From Deltaproteobacteria bacterium (GTDB taxonomy: Bacteria > JAGRBM01 > JAHCIT01), in NCBI GenBank assembly GCA_026129095.1, contig JAHCIT010000002.1, positions 366,530 through 386,529 of the forward strand: a stretch of DNA of 20,000 nt, in the 5' to 3' direction. The position numbers and the translations under genes are program-made. Shown one piece after another: positions 1 to 9,439 of the stretch (positions are counted from its first letter, which is position 1; each line of letters opens with the position of its first letter). Under the pieces are notes generated by a model. It was not told the origin of the DNA and made no database searches. It was given only the letters and a program-made list of their open reading frames with translations.

Positions 1-110
1 GTTACATATCGTCCAATCTGCGCGACGCCATCGCGTTCGTGCTTCTGATATTCATACTGATTTACCGGCCGGGCGGAATCCTTGGAAACGAACAGCCTGA
101 AAAGGTTTGA
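1..110 (+). CDS. livH: Branched-chain amino acid ABC transporter permease LivH, C-terminal fragment (runs off the window start)
   Basis: Not in the ORF track. Manual translation from nt 3 gives YISSNLRDAIAFVLLIFILIYRPGGILGNEQPEKV*, with TGA at 108-110. This matches the LivH C-terminal pattern RDAIAF...RPxGILG...EKV and sits directly upstream of livM. Confidence 0.9.
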   Translation, partial: YISSNLRDAIAFVLLIFILIYRPGGILGNEQPEKV

Positions 111-1110
111 TCCGGCGAGCGGGCTCGCCCTGGCAGTCCTGCTGGCGGCGCTGTTTGCCGCCGACCGCTATCTGCTGGACGGGCTCTCGCCCTATGTCCG
201 GCTTCTCATTGTCACGTCGGCGATCAATGCACTCTTGGCGGCATCACTGAACCTGGTCAATGGCGTCACCGGACTGTTTTCCATCGGACACGCAGGTTTC
301 ATGGCCTGCGGCGCATTCCTTACCGCCGGCACTCTCGCCCATTTCGGCCGGGACGGTGTGCTGCCTGTACTGTGGGATATGGCGGGAGGACTCGGGGCGA
401 CGCTCGTGTACACGGGTATTCTCGCCGCCGGAGGCCTGCTCGCCGTGGTGGCCAGCCTCATCGTCGGCGTACCGACCTTGAGGCTCCGGGGTGACTACCT
501 CGCCATTGCCACCCTGGGCTTTGGGGAGATCATCCGGGTTCTGATCGTCAACACCGAGAAGCTCGGCGGTGCGCGCGGGCTGTCGGTACCAGTCCGGTAC
601 CTGGTGGACGACCGTCTGTTTCCGGTGCTGTCGGTGACGATTCTCGGTATCATATTCCTCTACCGGCTGGTCCATTCGAACCGTGGACTTTCGTACTTCA
701 CGGTCCGCGAGGATGAAGTGGCCGCCCGAAGCATCGGCATTTCCACCACCCGGACGCGGATCGAGGCATTCGTGATTGGAAGCTTCTTCGCCGGTGTCGC
801 TGGCGCCATGATGGGTTTTACCCAGACGCTGGTGCATCCCGACTCGTTCCAGTTCCTGAGAAGCATCGAGATCGTCGTGATGGTCGTACTGGGAGGCCTC
901 GGATCCTTTACCGGCGCCGTTTCGGCCGCCGTGCTGCTGACGCTTCTTCTGGAGGGCCTCCGGAGCACTCCACTCCAGGCTCCGGAGTGGCGGCTCATCA
1001 TCTACGCCCTCTTGCTCATCGTTATGATGCTGTTCCGGCCGCAGGGGCTTCTGGGACGATGGGAAATCACCAGCTGGTGGCGCAGCCGCAGGCAGGGAGG
1101 CGCTTCATGA
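82..1110 (+). CDS. livM: Branched-chain amino acid ABC transporter permease LivM
   Basis: Motifs SLNLVNGVTGLFSIGHAGF, PTLRLRGDYLAIATLGFGEIIR, VREDEVAARSIGI, MVVLGGLGS and RPQGLLG. The start is uncertain (TTG at 82 or CTG at 97). Confidence 0.93.
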   Translation: METNSLKRFDPASGLALAVLLAALFAADRYLLDGLSPYVRLLIVTSAINALLAASLNLVNGVTGLFSIGHAGFMACGAFLTAGTLAHFGRDGVLPVLWDMAGGLGATLVYTGILAAGGLLAVVASLIVGVPTLRLRGDYLAIATLGFGEIIRVLIVNTEKLGGARGLSVPVRYLVDDRLFPVLSVTILGIIFLYRLVHSNRGLSYFTVREDEVAARSIGISTTRTRIEAFVIGSFFAGVAGAMMGFTQTLVHPDSFQFLRSIEIVVMVVLGGLGSFTGAVSAAVLLTLLLEGLRSTPLQAPEWRLIIYALLLIVMMLFRPQGLLGRWEITSWWRSRRQGGAS

Positions 1111-1922
1111 GCCTGCTGGAGCTGTCGGGTGCCGGGATCCGGTTCGGCGGCATCCGGGCCGTCTCGTCCCTCGACCTTGCCGTTGAAACCGATTCACTGG
1201 CCGCCCTGATCGGACCCAATGGCGCCGGAAAAACGACAGCCTTCAACCTCATCACCGGCATTTACGAGCCAACCGAGGGCGGCATCCGCTTCGACGCCAA
1301 ACCGCTCAAGGGACTGGATCCTTCCGCACGCGCACGGCTCGGCATCGCCCGCACGTTCCAGAACATACGCCTGTTTCGTGATCTCAGCGTGCTGGACAAC
1401 ATCCGCGCCGCGTATGTTCCGGCTCTGGGGTACGGGCTACTGGGGGCCATCCGGCGTGGCCGCCATTTCCACGCCGAGGAAGGCGAGTTCCGCAAACGGG
1501 CGGAACTGGTGCTGGAGGAAACCGGCCTCGCACCGTGGGCACATTCCGCCGCCGGGAGTTTGCCCTATGGCCAGCAGCGACGGCTCGAGCTGGCCAGGGC
1601 TCTGGCGACCGGTCCAAGACTTCTTCTGCTCGATGAACCGGCCGCCGGCATGAACCCGGCTGAAAAGCAGGAACTGGCGGCCCTGATCCGGAGGCTCAAG
1701 GAGCGCCACAGGCTGACCATCCTGCTCATCGAGCACGACATGCGGTTCGTCATGGGGCTTTCTGAGCATATTACGGTCATGGATCATGGCATCAGGATTG
1801 CCGATGGCACTCCGGACGATATCCGCGCCAATCCCAAGGTGATCGAGGCTTACCTTGGACCGGACGTGCCGCCCGCGGAAATGACCGAGGCCCGGCGGGA
1901 ACTGGGAGAGAAGAGCCTGTGA
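1107..1922 (+). CDS. livG: Branched-chain amino acid ABC transporter ATP-binding protein LivG
   Basis: Walker A GPNGAGKTT, ARTFQNIRLF, LPYGQQRRLELARAL, LLLLDEPAAG, IEHDM and VIEAYLG. The ATG at 1107 overlaps the livM stop (ATGA), so the ORF-track start at 987 is too long. Confidence 0.95.
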   Translation: MSLLELSGAGIRFGGIRAVSSLDLAVETDSLAALIGPNGAGKTTAFNLITGIYEPTEGGIRFDAKPLKGLDPSARARLGIARTFQNIRLFRDLSVLDNIRAAYVPALGYGLLGAIRRGRHFHAEEGEFRKRAELVLEETGLAPWAHSAAGSLPYGQQRRLELARALATGPRLLLLDEPAAGMNPAEKQELAALIRRLKERHRLTILLIEHDMRFVMGLSEHITVMDHGIRIADGTPDDIRANPKVIEAYLGPDVPPAEMTEARRELGEKSL

Positions 1923-2623
1923 GCCTGCTGGAGATCAGCGGACTTCATGTTTCGTACGGCGCCATCCGGGCGATCCGGGGAGTGGATTTTTCAGTCGAAG
2001 AAGGGTCGATCGTCACCCTGATCGGCGCCAACGGTGCAGGGAAAACGACCCTGCTCTCCGCCATCGCCGGCCTGCTTAAACCCTCTTCCGGATCAGTCCG
2101 GTTCGCGGGTGAGGAGATCACCGGACTCAAGGCACATCAGGCTGTCTCCAGAGGCCTGTCGCTCGTGCCGGAAGGCCGGGCCATCTTCGCAAACCTCACG
2201 GTGCAGGAAAACCTCCAGCTTGGCGCCTACCTGCGGAAGGACGGCATCGCGGACGATATCGGACGGATGCTCACGCTTTTTCCCGTGCTGAATGAACGGT
2301 ACAGGCAGAATGCCGGCACGCTTTCGGGCGGCGAGCAGCAGATGCTTGCCATCGCCCGGGCGCTGATGGCCCGGCCGCGACTGCTGCTGCTGGATGAGCC
2401 TTCACTGGGACTTGCGCCGCTCGTCGTTCGGACAATCTTTGAAACGATCCGGGAGATCAGCCGAAGCGGCACCACTGTTCTGCTGGTGGAACAGAATGCC
2501 CGGATGGCGCTCGAAACCGCCTCGCACGCCCATGTGCTCGAAACAGGGGAGATCGTCCTTTCCGGACCGAGCAGCGAGCTGGCCTCAAGTGCCCGGGTAA
2601 AGGCAGCCTATCTCGGTGACTGA
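1919..2623 (+). CDS. livF: Branched-chain amino acid ABC transporter ATP-binding protein LivF
   Basis: GANGAGKTT, VPEGRAIF, LSGGEQQMLAIARAL, LLLLDEPSLGLAP, VEQN and AYLG. The GTG start overlaps the livG stop (GTGA). Confidence 0.95.
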   Translation: MSLLEISGLHVSYGAIRAIRGVDFSVEEGSIVTLIGANGAGKTTLLSAIAGLLKPSSGSVRFAGEEITGLKAHQAVSRGLSLVPEGRAIFANLTVQENLQLGAYLRKDGIADDIGRMLTLFPVLNERYRQNAGTLSGGEQQMLAIARALMARPRLLLLDEPSLGLAPLVVRTIFETIREISRSGTTVLLVEQNARMALETASHAHVLETGEIVLSGPSSELASSARVKAAYLGD

Positions 2624-2626
2624 GGG

Positions 2627-4069
2627 TTATTCGCTGCCTGCGATGCCCAAATCATGCGGGCAGCGTTTTTCGAATACCGACTTTCTGCGGGCGAGAACCT
2701 TTCCCGCCGCTTTTTCCGCCTCGACCGGCTCGACGGTTTCGAGATAGGCGCGAAACTCCGCCGCGAGATCAGTCCATGACCCTTCCGGCGGCGGCGCGCC
2801 TGGACCGAGACGCCAGAGACGCTCCAGGGTGCCAGGCCCCCTGGACTCGAGCAGCCACTCCACGAACGCCCCGGCCACCGGATAGGCAGCGGCTGCGCTC
2901 TCCCGCCAGAAACCCGCAAACTGGAGAAATTGCTCCAGATCCAGTTGCGGCCGGTTTTCCACAATAACCCGCGAAAGCGCCGGAAGCCGGTACCCGGCAG
3001 GCGGCACAAGCGCCACAGCGGTTCCCTCCAGCAGCGCGATATTCCACGGAAGTCCCAGCACCGGGCCCCATCCGGCCGTCACCAGATGAACCAGCTCATG
3101 TTCCAGAAGCCGTTCGCCCCGCAGGCCGGCAAGCGACTTTGGCTCTAGGTAGGCCGTGCCGAGCCAGGGTTTTGTATAGGTCGTCTGGCGGGCGCCGGTG
3201 TAGCGGTACCGTTCATCCGCTGACGGGAAGACGAAAAGCTCCACCTGCGGAGCGGTTTCAATCCCGAGCCGGGGGAGAATATGCCTCATCGCTTCGTCCA
3301 CGAGACCGGTGATTCGCTCCTGCTCCGGTGTAGAAACCTGCGGATGGAAATAGATCGCCGCCGACTTCGTTCGCGCTACGGGGGCAAATTCTGTCCTGAG
3401 CCGGGCATGGGTAACCCTCGTCCCCGTGAACGGCGCCAGAAGGAACAGCGAGAAGCCCGCCATGGCGGCCATGCCGGCAGCCCGTGGCTTTCCGAGTCCG
3501 GCCATCCAGAGCGCGAGCCCGGCCAGAAATCCCTCCAGACGGCCCCAGAACAGCGGAGGAATCACATCCACCTGTTCGTCGTAAATGGATCCGGGCCACA
3601 TCCCGAACAGTGGATGGTGGAACCGGACCGGGGCATCCCTGTACAACGTCCAGAGGACATAACTGGAGGCAGCCGCCACGAGTGACAGCACAAGAAATAC
3701 GCGCCACTTCACACGTTGCCACCGGCGGGAAAAAAGTCCCGCCCCGGATCCGCATATCGCGGCAGGGACAACATGGAGAAAGTAGAAGAGGAATCCCGGC
3801 GGCTGGCTGCAGGGCTGCACGGTCCACTGCTCAACCTGCGCCGGAATCAGCGGCACAAGGGCAAAGGCAGAAGTCCACCAGGCCAGCGGGCGGACGGGAA
3901 CTCCGGCGGCCATCCCGGCGCCAGCCGAAAAACCAAACACCAGCACTGCAGACAGGATCGCCAGCTCATAGTGAAAGGCATTGGCAAGCGGGAACTTCCA
4001 GACGAGAACTGCAGAAATCAAAAGCAGCGCCGCAGCGGCGAAAAAGAGGCAGCGGGAGGATCTGGTCAT
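2627..4069 (-). CDS. Polytopic membrane protein with a C-terminal gluzincin-like (HEXXH...E) Zn-metallopeptidase domain, about 480 aa
   Basis: The likely start is ATG 4069 (MTRSSR), 19 nt after the dut stop. About 6-7 hydrophobic segments and the loop motif HPLFGMWPGSIYDE precede a soluble domain with EHELVH (HELVH at nt 3100-3086) and LLEGTAVAL (Glu at 3028-3026). Confidence 0.75.
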   Translation of the reverse strand: MTRSSRCLFFAAAALLLISAVLVWKFPLANAFHYELAILSAVLVFGFSAGAGMAAGVPVRPLAWWTSAFALVPLIPAQVEQWTVQPCSQPPGFLFYFLHVVPAAICGSGAGLFSRRWQRVKWRVFLVLSLVAAASSYVLWTLYRDAPVRFHHPLFGMWPGSIYDEQVDVIPPLFWGRLEGFLAGLALWMAGLGKPRAAGMAAMAGFSLFLLAPFTGTRVTHARLRTEFAPVARTKSAAIYFHPQVSTPEQERITGLVDEAMRHILPRLGIETAPQVELFVFPSADERYRYTGARQTTYTKPWLGTAYLEPKSLAGLRGERLLEHELVHLVTAGWGPVLGLPWNIALLEGTAVALVPPAGYRLPALSRVIVENRPQLDLEQFLQFAGFWRESAAAAYPVAGAFVEWLLESRGPGTLERLWRLGPGAPPPEGSWTDLAAEFRAYLETVEPVEAEKAAGKVLARRKSVFEKRCPHDLGIAGSE

Positions 4070-4088
4070 CAGGCACCATCCCGCCCCG

Positions 4089-4574
4089 TCACCCCTTCGG
4101 TCTGGCGCGGGGACGGGATGCTTTCCGCTTCGTGGCCGTCCCGGTCGAACCGAATCCGCCGTGACCGCGCCGGGTAGCATCCAGCTCGTCCGTTTCCCGG
4201 AAACGGGCCTGCGCGACCGGGGCCACCACCATCTGTGCGATACGCATGCCAGGTTCTATCGTGAACGGTTCCTGTCCCAGGTTGGCGAGAATCACTTTCA
4301 GCTCGCCCCGGTAATCGGCATCGATAGTCCCGGGCGAATTGAGACAGGTAATACCGTTCTTGATGGCCAGTCCGGACCTGGGCCGGACCTGGGCCTCGTA
4401 CCCGCGAGGAAGTGCGATGGCGAGCCCCGTGGGAACCAGGGCGCGCCGCCCCGGTTCCAGCACGAGCGGGTTGTCCAGATCAGCGGCGAGGTCGGCGCCG
4501 GCCGCGTCCGGAGTGGAATAGACCGGAAGAGCAGCCGTCGGCCGGAGCCGCTTAACGGCGACCGCGACCGCCAC
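4089..4574 (-). CDS. dut: Trimeric dUTP diphosphatase (dUTPase)
   Basis: All five dUTPase motifs are present: [27 protein letters not shown] and [10 protein letters not shown]. The probable GTG start at 4574 lies inside the 3' end of pnp. The ORF track starts at GTG 4649. Confidence 0.95.
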   Translation of the reverse strand: MAVAVAVKRLRPTAALPVYSTPDAAGADLAADLDNPLVLEPGRRALVPTGLAIALPRGYEAQVRPRSGLAIKNGITCLNSPGTIDADYRGELKVILANLGQEPFTIEPGMRIAQMVVAPVAQARFRETDELDATRRGHGGFGSTGTATKRKASRPRARPKG

Positions 4575-6831
4575 GGTCCCTGCCACCACCGCCGTAAGAA
4601 CCGCGGCCACCCCTGTCGCCACGTCCACCGCGGTCACCACGCCGCTCACCGCCGCCCTGCCGGTCCTCCTCGCTCACGCCTTCATAGAGATCATCAGGCG
4701 GGGGCGGAGCCGGCTTCGTATAGTCAACGGTAGTAGGATCGAGGTGGGCCACTTCCTTGTGAGAGAGGCGCACCTTGCCCGTTCCGGCTTCGACATCGAG
4801 AACCTTGACGAGGATTTCATCGCCTTCCTGCACCACGTCCTCGACTCGCTCGACCCGGTTCTTGGCAAGATGGGAAATATGCACGAGTCCATCCTTGCCG
4901 GGGAGGATCTCGACGAATGCGCCGAAATCGGTCACCCGTCTCACCTTGCCCATGTACAGGTATCCGATTTCCGCCTCGCGGGTGAGATCTCGGATCATCT
5001 GGATCGCGGCGTCGGTCTTGGCCTGGTCGGTGGAGGCGATGTCGATGCGGCCGGAATCGTCGATATTGATGGTCGCTCCCGAGCGCGCAGTGATCTCCCG
5101 GATCACCTTTCCGCCCGGCCCGATCACGTCCCGGATCCGGTCCGACGGGATATGAATCGAGGTGATGCGCGGCGCATATTTCGACAGTTCCGAGCGCGGC
5201 TTGTCTATCGCGGCAGCCATCTTTTCCAGGATGTGGAGCCGGCCCCTGCGGGCCTGCTCCAGCGCCTCGCGCATGATGTCCGTGGTAATACCCGTGACCT
5301 TGAGGTCCATCTGGAGCGCCGTGATACCCTTGGTCGTGCCACCCACCTTGAAATCCATGTCTCCCAGATGATCTTCGTCACCGAGAATATCCGAGAGAAT
5401 GGCATAACGCTTCGTGGCGGTGTCCATGATGAGTCCCATGGCGATTCCCGCTACCGGCGCCTTGAGCGGAACACCCGCGTCCATCATCGACAGCGTGCCG
5501 CCGCAGATGGTCGCCATGGATGACGATCCGTTCGATTCGGTAACCTCCGACACCACCCGGACGATGTAGGGAAACTCCTCGTACGTTGGCATGACAGATT
5601 CCAGCGAACGTTCCGCCAGGGCACCGTGGCCGATTTCCCGGCGGCCGGGGGCAAGGCGGAAGCTCGTTTCACCCACCGAATAGGGCGGAAAGTTGTAGTG
5701 CAGGAGAAAACGCTTGCGGAACATGCCGTCGTACTGGTCAATCCGCTGTTCGTCCATTTCGGTGCCGAGCGTGGCCGTGACGATGGCCTGCGTCTCGCCG
5801 CGGGTGAACAGCGCCGATCCGTGCACGCGCGGCAGCCAGCCGACTTCGCAGGTGATATCCCGGATGTTCTCCAGGCCGCGGCCGTCGATACGGACCTTGT
5901 CGTTCAGGATGGAGGCCCGCATGAGGTCGCTCTTGAGATTTTCAAGCTCCCCGCTGATCAGGGCACCATGCTTCTCGAGTTCTTCCTCGGTGAACAGCGC
6001 CTTCAGGCCCTTCTTCGCCTCGTCCAGCGCGGCGTAACGGTCCTGCTTGTCGCGGATGGCGAACGCCTTCCTCACCGGCTCCGTGGCGTAATCGCGTACT
6101 TTCCTGACGAGCGCGGCGTCCGGGGCCGGGGCGTCGAACGTGCGCTTGGCGATGCCAATCTCTTTCGCCAGCTTTTCCTGCATGTCGAGCACCGGCAGCA
6201 GCGCCTTGTGGCCGAACTCAATGGCGCGGATCATGTCTTCCTCGGACACTTCCTTTGCGCCTGCCTCGACCATCACCACGGCTTCACGCGAAGCGGCAAG
6301 GAAGATGTCGATGTCGGACTCCGCCTTCTGCTGCACAGTCGGGTTGATGATGTACTGGCCCGCGACACGCCCTACCCGGCATCCTCCGATTGGCCCGTGA
6401 AATGGGGCATCCGACACCATGAGCGCCGCCGAGGCGCCGATCATGGCCGCACCGGCAGCCTCGTTGTCCGGATCCACCGACAGCACGGTCGGCATGAGCT
6501 GGGTATCAAAGTGATAGCCTTCGGGGAACAGCGGCCGGATGGGCCGGTCGATGAGCCGCGAGATCAGGGTTTCACGGTCAGTGGGCCGGGCCTCCCGCTT
6601 GAAGTAGCCGCCGGGAATGCGCCCGCCTGCGTAGAACTTCTCGGTGTAGTTGACGGTGAGAGGGAAGAAGTCGGTGCCCTCCTTCGCCGTGGTGAGCGAG
6701 ACGGCGGGCACAAGGACCACGGTCTCGCCATAGCGGATAATGACGGCCCCGGATGCCTGTTTGGCAACCCAGCCGGTTTCGATGGAGAGCGGACGGCCGC
6801 CCAGATCGACGGAAACGGTTTTCTTGTTCAT
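4552..6831 (-). CDS. pnp: Polyribonucleotide nucleotidyltransferase (PNPase) with an RGG-rich C-terminal tail
   Basis: [46 protein letters not shown] and [11 protein letters not shown], followed by KH (DVIGPGGK) and S1 ([18 protein letters not shown]) domains. Located downstream of rpsO. Confidence 0.99.
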   Translation of the reverse strand: MNKKTVSVDLGGRPLSIETGWVAKQASGAVIIRYGETVVLVPAVSLTTAKEGTDFFPLTVNYTEKFYAGGRIPGGYFKREARPTDRETLISRLIDRPIRPLFPEGYHFDTQLMPTVLSVDPDNEAAGAAMIGASAALMVSDAPFHGPIGGCRVGRVAGQYIINPTVQQKAESDIDIFLAASREAVVMVEAGAKEVSEEDMIRAIEFGHKALLPVLDMQEKLAKEIGIAKRTFDAPAPDAALVRKVRDYATEPVRKAFAIRDKQDRYAALDEAKKGLKALFTEEELEKHGALISGELENLKSDLMRASILNDKVRIDGRGLENIRDITCEVGWLPRVHGSALFTRGETQAIVTATLGTEMDEQRIDQYDGMFRKRFLLHYNFPPYSVGETSFRLAPGRREIGHGALAERSLESVMPTYEEFPYIVRVVSEVTESNGSSSMATICGGTLSMMDAGVPLKAPVAGIAMGLIMDTATKRYAILSDILGDEDHLGDMDFKVGGTTKGITALQMDLKVTGITTDIMREALEQARRGRLHILEKMAAAIDKPRSELSKYAPRITSIHIPSDRIRDVIGPGGKVIREITARSGATINIDDSGRIDIASTDQAKTDAAIQMIRDLTREAEIGYLYMGKVRRVTDFGAFVEILPGKDGLVHISHLAKNRVERVEDVVQEGDEILVKVLDVEAGTGKVRLSHKEVAHLDPTTVDYTKPAPPPPDDLYEGVSEEDRQGGGERRGDRGGRGDRGGRGSYGGGGRDRGGRGRR

Positions 6832-6900
6832 GGGTAAATTACGCTTTATTTCCCTTTCGTTTTTGTTGCTGCCTCTGTTTCAACTCTTTTCAAACACCGA

Positions 6901-6974
6901 GACCCCGGGCCCAAACGGAGCCGGGGTCACAGGATGCGCACGGAGCGGATGGCCGCGCGCCAGCGGCCCCGCTC
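6901..6974 (-). promoter_or_regulatory. Two consecutive GC-rich hairpins in the rpsO-pnp spacer
   Basis: Hairpin A (6943-6974): GAGCGG/CCGCTC plus GGCCGC/GCGGCC arms with a 6-nt loop. Hairpin B (6901-6928): GACCCCGG/CCGGGGTC arms. An A-rich unstructured stretch follows, up to the pnp ATG. Confidence 0.55.
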
Positions 6975-6977
6975 TTC

Positions 6978-7247
6978 CTACTTGCGCAGGTCGAGCGAGC
7001 CGATGAGCTTCTTGTACCGTTCGAAGTCGGTGCGCTTCAGGTAGTCCAGGAGCCGCCGCCGCTGGCCGACCAGTTTCAGGAGTCCGCGCCGGCTGCTGTG
7101 GTCCTTCTTGTGAGCCTCGAAGTGCGACTGGAGACTGTTGATCCGCTCGGTCAGGAGCGCGACCTGCACTTCCGCCGAACCGGTGTCGGTGCCGTGCTTG
7201 CGGTACTTACCAATGACTTCTGTTTTCTGGGTCTTTTCGAGCGACAC
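6978..7247 (-). CDS. rpsO: 30S ribosomal protein S15
   Basis: 89 aa with [42 protein letters not shown] and LRK. GTG start with a GGAGG Shine-Dalgarno (SD). Confidence 0.99.
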   Translation of the reverse strand: MSLEKTQKTEVIGKYRKHGTDTGSAEVQVALLTERINSLQSHFEAHKKDHSSRRGLLKLVGQRRRLLDYLKRTDFERYKKLIGSLDLRK

Positions 7248-7337
7248 TGCTGTCTGCCCTCCGAAACGGCAGCCTCGTCAACGGGCGCCGCGTTTAGGGG
7301 CCAACCGGCCGAGGGAAGGCCAGTGGTCCAGATTTTA
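7248..7337 (-). promoter_or_regulatory. Putative rpsO -10 box and structured 5' leader
   Basis: TAAAAT on the minus strand at 7332-7337. Hairpin CUGGCC-UUCCCUC-GGCCGG at 7305-7323. Hairpin CUGCC-GUUUCGGAG-GGCAG at 7254-7272 encloses the SD. No clear -35 box. Confidence 0.45.
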
Positions 7338-7394
7338 GCTGCGCGCGGTGTTAGTCCGCCGTGCCGGGGAAGTAAAGATAGCCGGTAACAAAGG

Positions 7395-7435
7395 AATTCA
7401 GATGGAAACCAGCAGTGCCTGTTTCCTCATGAATT
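7395..7435 (-). terminator. Imperfect inverted repeat, possible terminator of the glycosyltransferase gene
   Basis: AATTCA...GGAAAC / GTTTCC...TGAATT arms begin 8 nt after the stop at 7444 and are followed by CCTTTGTT on the minus strand. Confidence 0.4.
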
Positions 7436-7443
7436 ACAGATAG

Positions 7444-9439
7444 TTACTTTCCGAGCGCCCTATCCTCTTCTTCCATCCGGCAGGAGGTCAGTGTGCGGCC
7501 GGGAAACGGGCAGTAAAACAGTGCGGCCCGGCCATCAGGAACCACCAGCCTGCCACGGACCGGTATGGTCCCGTAACCGCCAAGCCACCGGCTGAACCGT
7601 TTCCAGCCATCAAACTGCCGGAGTTCCCCCGGATACCGCTCACGGTAGACGAAGCGGACCTCTTCCGGTCCGGCAGATACTTCGATCCGGTCCGGCAGCC
7701 ATTCGATGAACTCATGCGCAGGCATCGCGGCTTCCAGAAGCCCGACAACCGTATCTGGCAGCGAGATGCCAGGCCGGACCCGCACTTCGAACGACTCATC
7801 CAGAAGCAGGTCGATTTCGAGCGGCGGCAGCGTTTCACTGGCAGCCGGTGGTTCCGGCTGCAACCGTATCCACCGGAACCCCTCATCGGTAGCAAGCGGC
7901 GGGTGGCCCGTCAGTGCAAGCACCTCATCGGAAAAGACCGGTGAAAGACCTGCTGGCGTGAGATCCCGTCCGTCTGGAAGAACCGCGGCGAAATAGGCGT
8001 CCAGGCTAAAATACGGAAGCAGGTCTGGCCGTGTCACCCGAACCAGCCGAAGCCGCGGCGAAACGTCATCCCCGAAATGGCGAGGCGTCCAGAGATTCGT
8101 GCCGACAGTAACCCTGCCACTGCCAGGCATTTCATCAATCCGCCACGCCAGTTCTGCGCGAACCGACCTGTAGTAGGCGTTCACCGGATCGTAGAACCTT
8201 TCCTCTGCGGCCAGCCGCCAGTAGACCCCTAGGATTCCGGCCACCGAGAGAACAACGGCCGCGAGAACTGGTGCCAGCCCAGTGGCCGGATACCGTCGCC
8301 CAGCCCAGGCCAGCGTCACGGCGGCCCCGAACGCCATCGCCGCGATCATCGGAGTGAGGATGAACCAGTGCACCGGTACGGCGCCAAAATAGAGGACCGT
8401 GTGCAGGGCGGCAGCCGCAAACAGCAGGCGGTACACGCTGAAGATTCCGGTCGTCCCGTTTCCGCCATCCCGGCCCAGCAGGCCGCCAACCGAGAGCACC
8501 ATGACCGGAGCGGTCGCCATCCAGCGCCAGTGCTTGAATGCCGTGGCTGCAGGATTCTCCAGGACACCGTGCAGTTCTACAGCCGAGGATCCCCCCGAAT
8601 GGTAAAGCACTTGGCGCACGAACCGGGCAAGGCCGAACAGGCCGCCTTCGGGCGCCATGTAGACAAACGCCAGCCACCCAAAGAAGGCCATAACCGGCGT
8701 CCACACCAGCACAATCGCCCGCCGCCGGTTCGGCAGTCCGGCACCCCAAAAAATCCAGTGCACAGTCACCGTCGCAAGGGTTATCAGCGCCGGCCAGCAG
8801 AGACACAGGCCCAGAGATGCCACCCCGGCCAGCACTCCGAGCCTGCGCCCGTCCGGCCGCTCCCGGTACCGGACATAGGCCATAATGATAGCCAGCCCAG
8901 CCAGTGTTGACGGCGCTGCGACGAGATCCGCCACACGGGCCGTCAGCACCAGTCCCGGTAGAAATCCTCCCAATGCGAGAACCAGCAACGAGACGCCCGG
9001 AAACTCCTTTTCTCCCCGCGCCGCCAGCCGCCAGCCGCCAGAGGCAGACCAGAACCAGCAGTGACGCGGCAAGATCCGGAAGACGGGAGCCCCAGTAGTT
9101 TTCACCCAGCAGCCTGAAGAGCCCGGCCATCAGCATCGGATAAAGCGGGGGCTGGTTAACGTAGTAGTCAGGGATAGCCAGGTTACGCCGCGCAGCCCGC
9201 GGCACAAGGCCGTCATGAAACAGGCCGTCCCGTGCGTACGTCAGCGCGCAGTCAACGTAATGATTCTGCCGCCACATGCCGGCGGGCCGCTGCCAGTCTT
9301 CCGCTGCCGGCCAGAACCGGACCATCGTCCCCGCCAGAATGAGGACAACTACGGCCAGCCGCCGCATTCCGGCAGACACCGAGACCCGGGATGAAACATC
9401 CACGGAAGGCATCCTATTACCGGCAGACATCGAAATCAT
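7444..9439 (-). pseudogene. GT-C fold (ArnT/PMT, GT39/GT83-like) membrane glycosyltransferase, frameshifted at a 7-bp tandem repeat (pseudogene or phase-OFF allele)
   Basis: The N-terminus is in ORF 8135..9439 (TM1, WRQ, YYVNQPPLYPMLMAGLFRLLGENYWGSRLP...LWRLAA). The remaining multi-TM part is in ORF 7444..9105 (from WRLAARGEKE onward). Removing one TGGCGGC unit at 9020-9040 joins them into one 662-aa ORF. The start may instead be 9412 or 9367. Confidence 0.85.
9020..9040. repeat. Heptanucleotide tandem repeat (GCCGCCA)x3, i.e. (TGGCGGC)x3 on the coding strand
   Basis: Three perfect copies at 9020-9026, 9027-9033 and 9034-9040, exactly at the frame switch. Confidence 0.95.

Noticed and set aside
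3981-6837. Long + strand ORFs antisense to dut and pnp (3981..4733, 4744..5523, 5626..6837)
   Set aside because: These are shadow ORFs expected from high-GC3 codon usage. They carry no recognisable motifs and lie opposite clear housekeeping genes.
8135-9019. C-terminal ~295 aa of ORF 8135..9439 as a real protein
   Set aside because: It is G/R/A/C-rich out-of-frame translation after the repeat. The alternative frame carries the coherent TM pattern.
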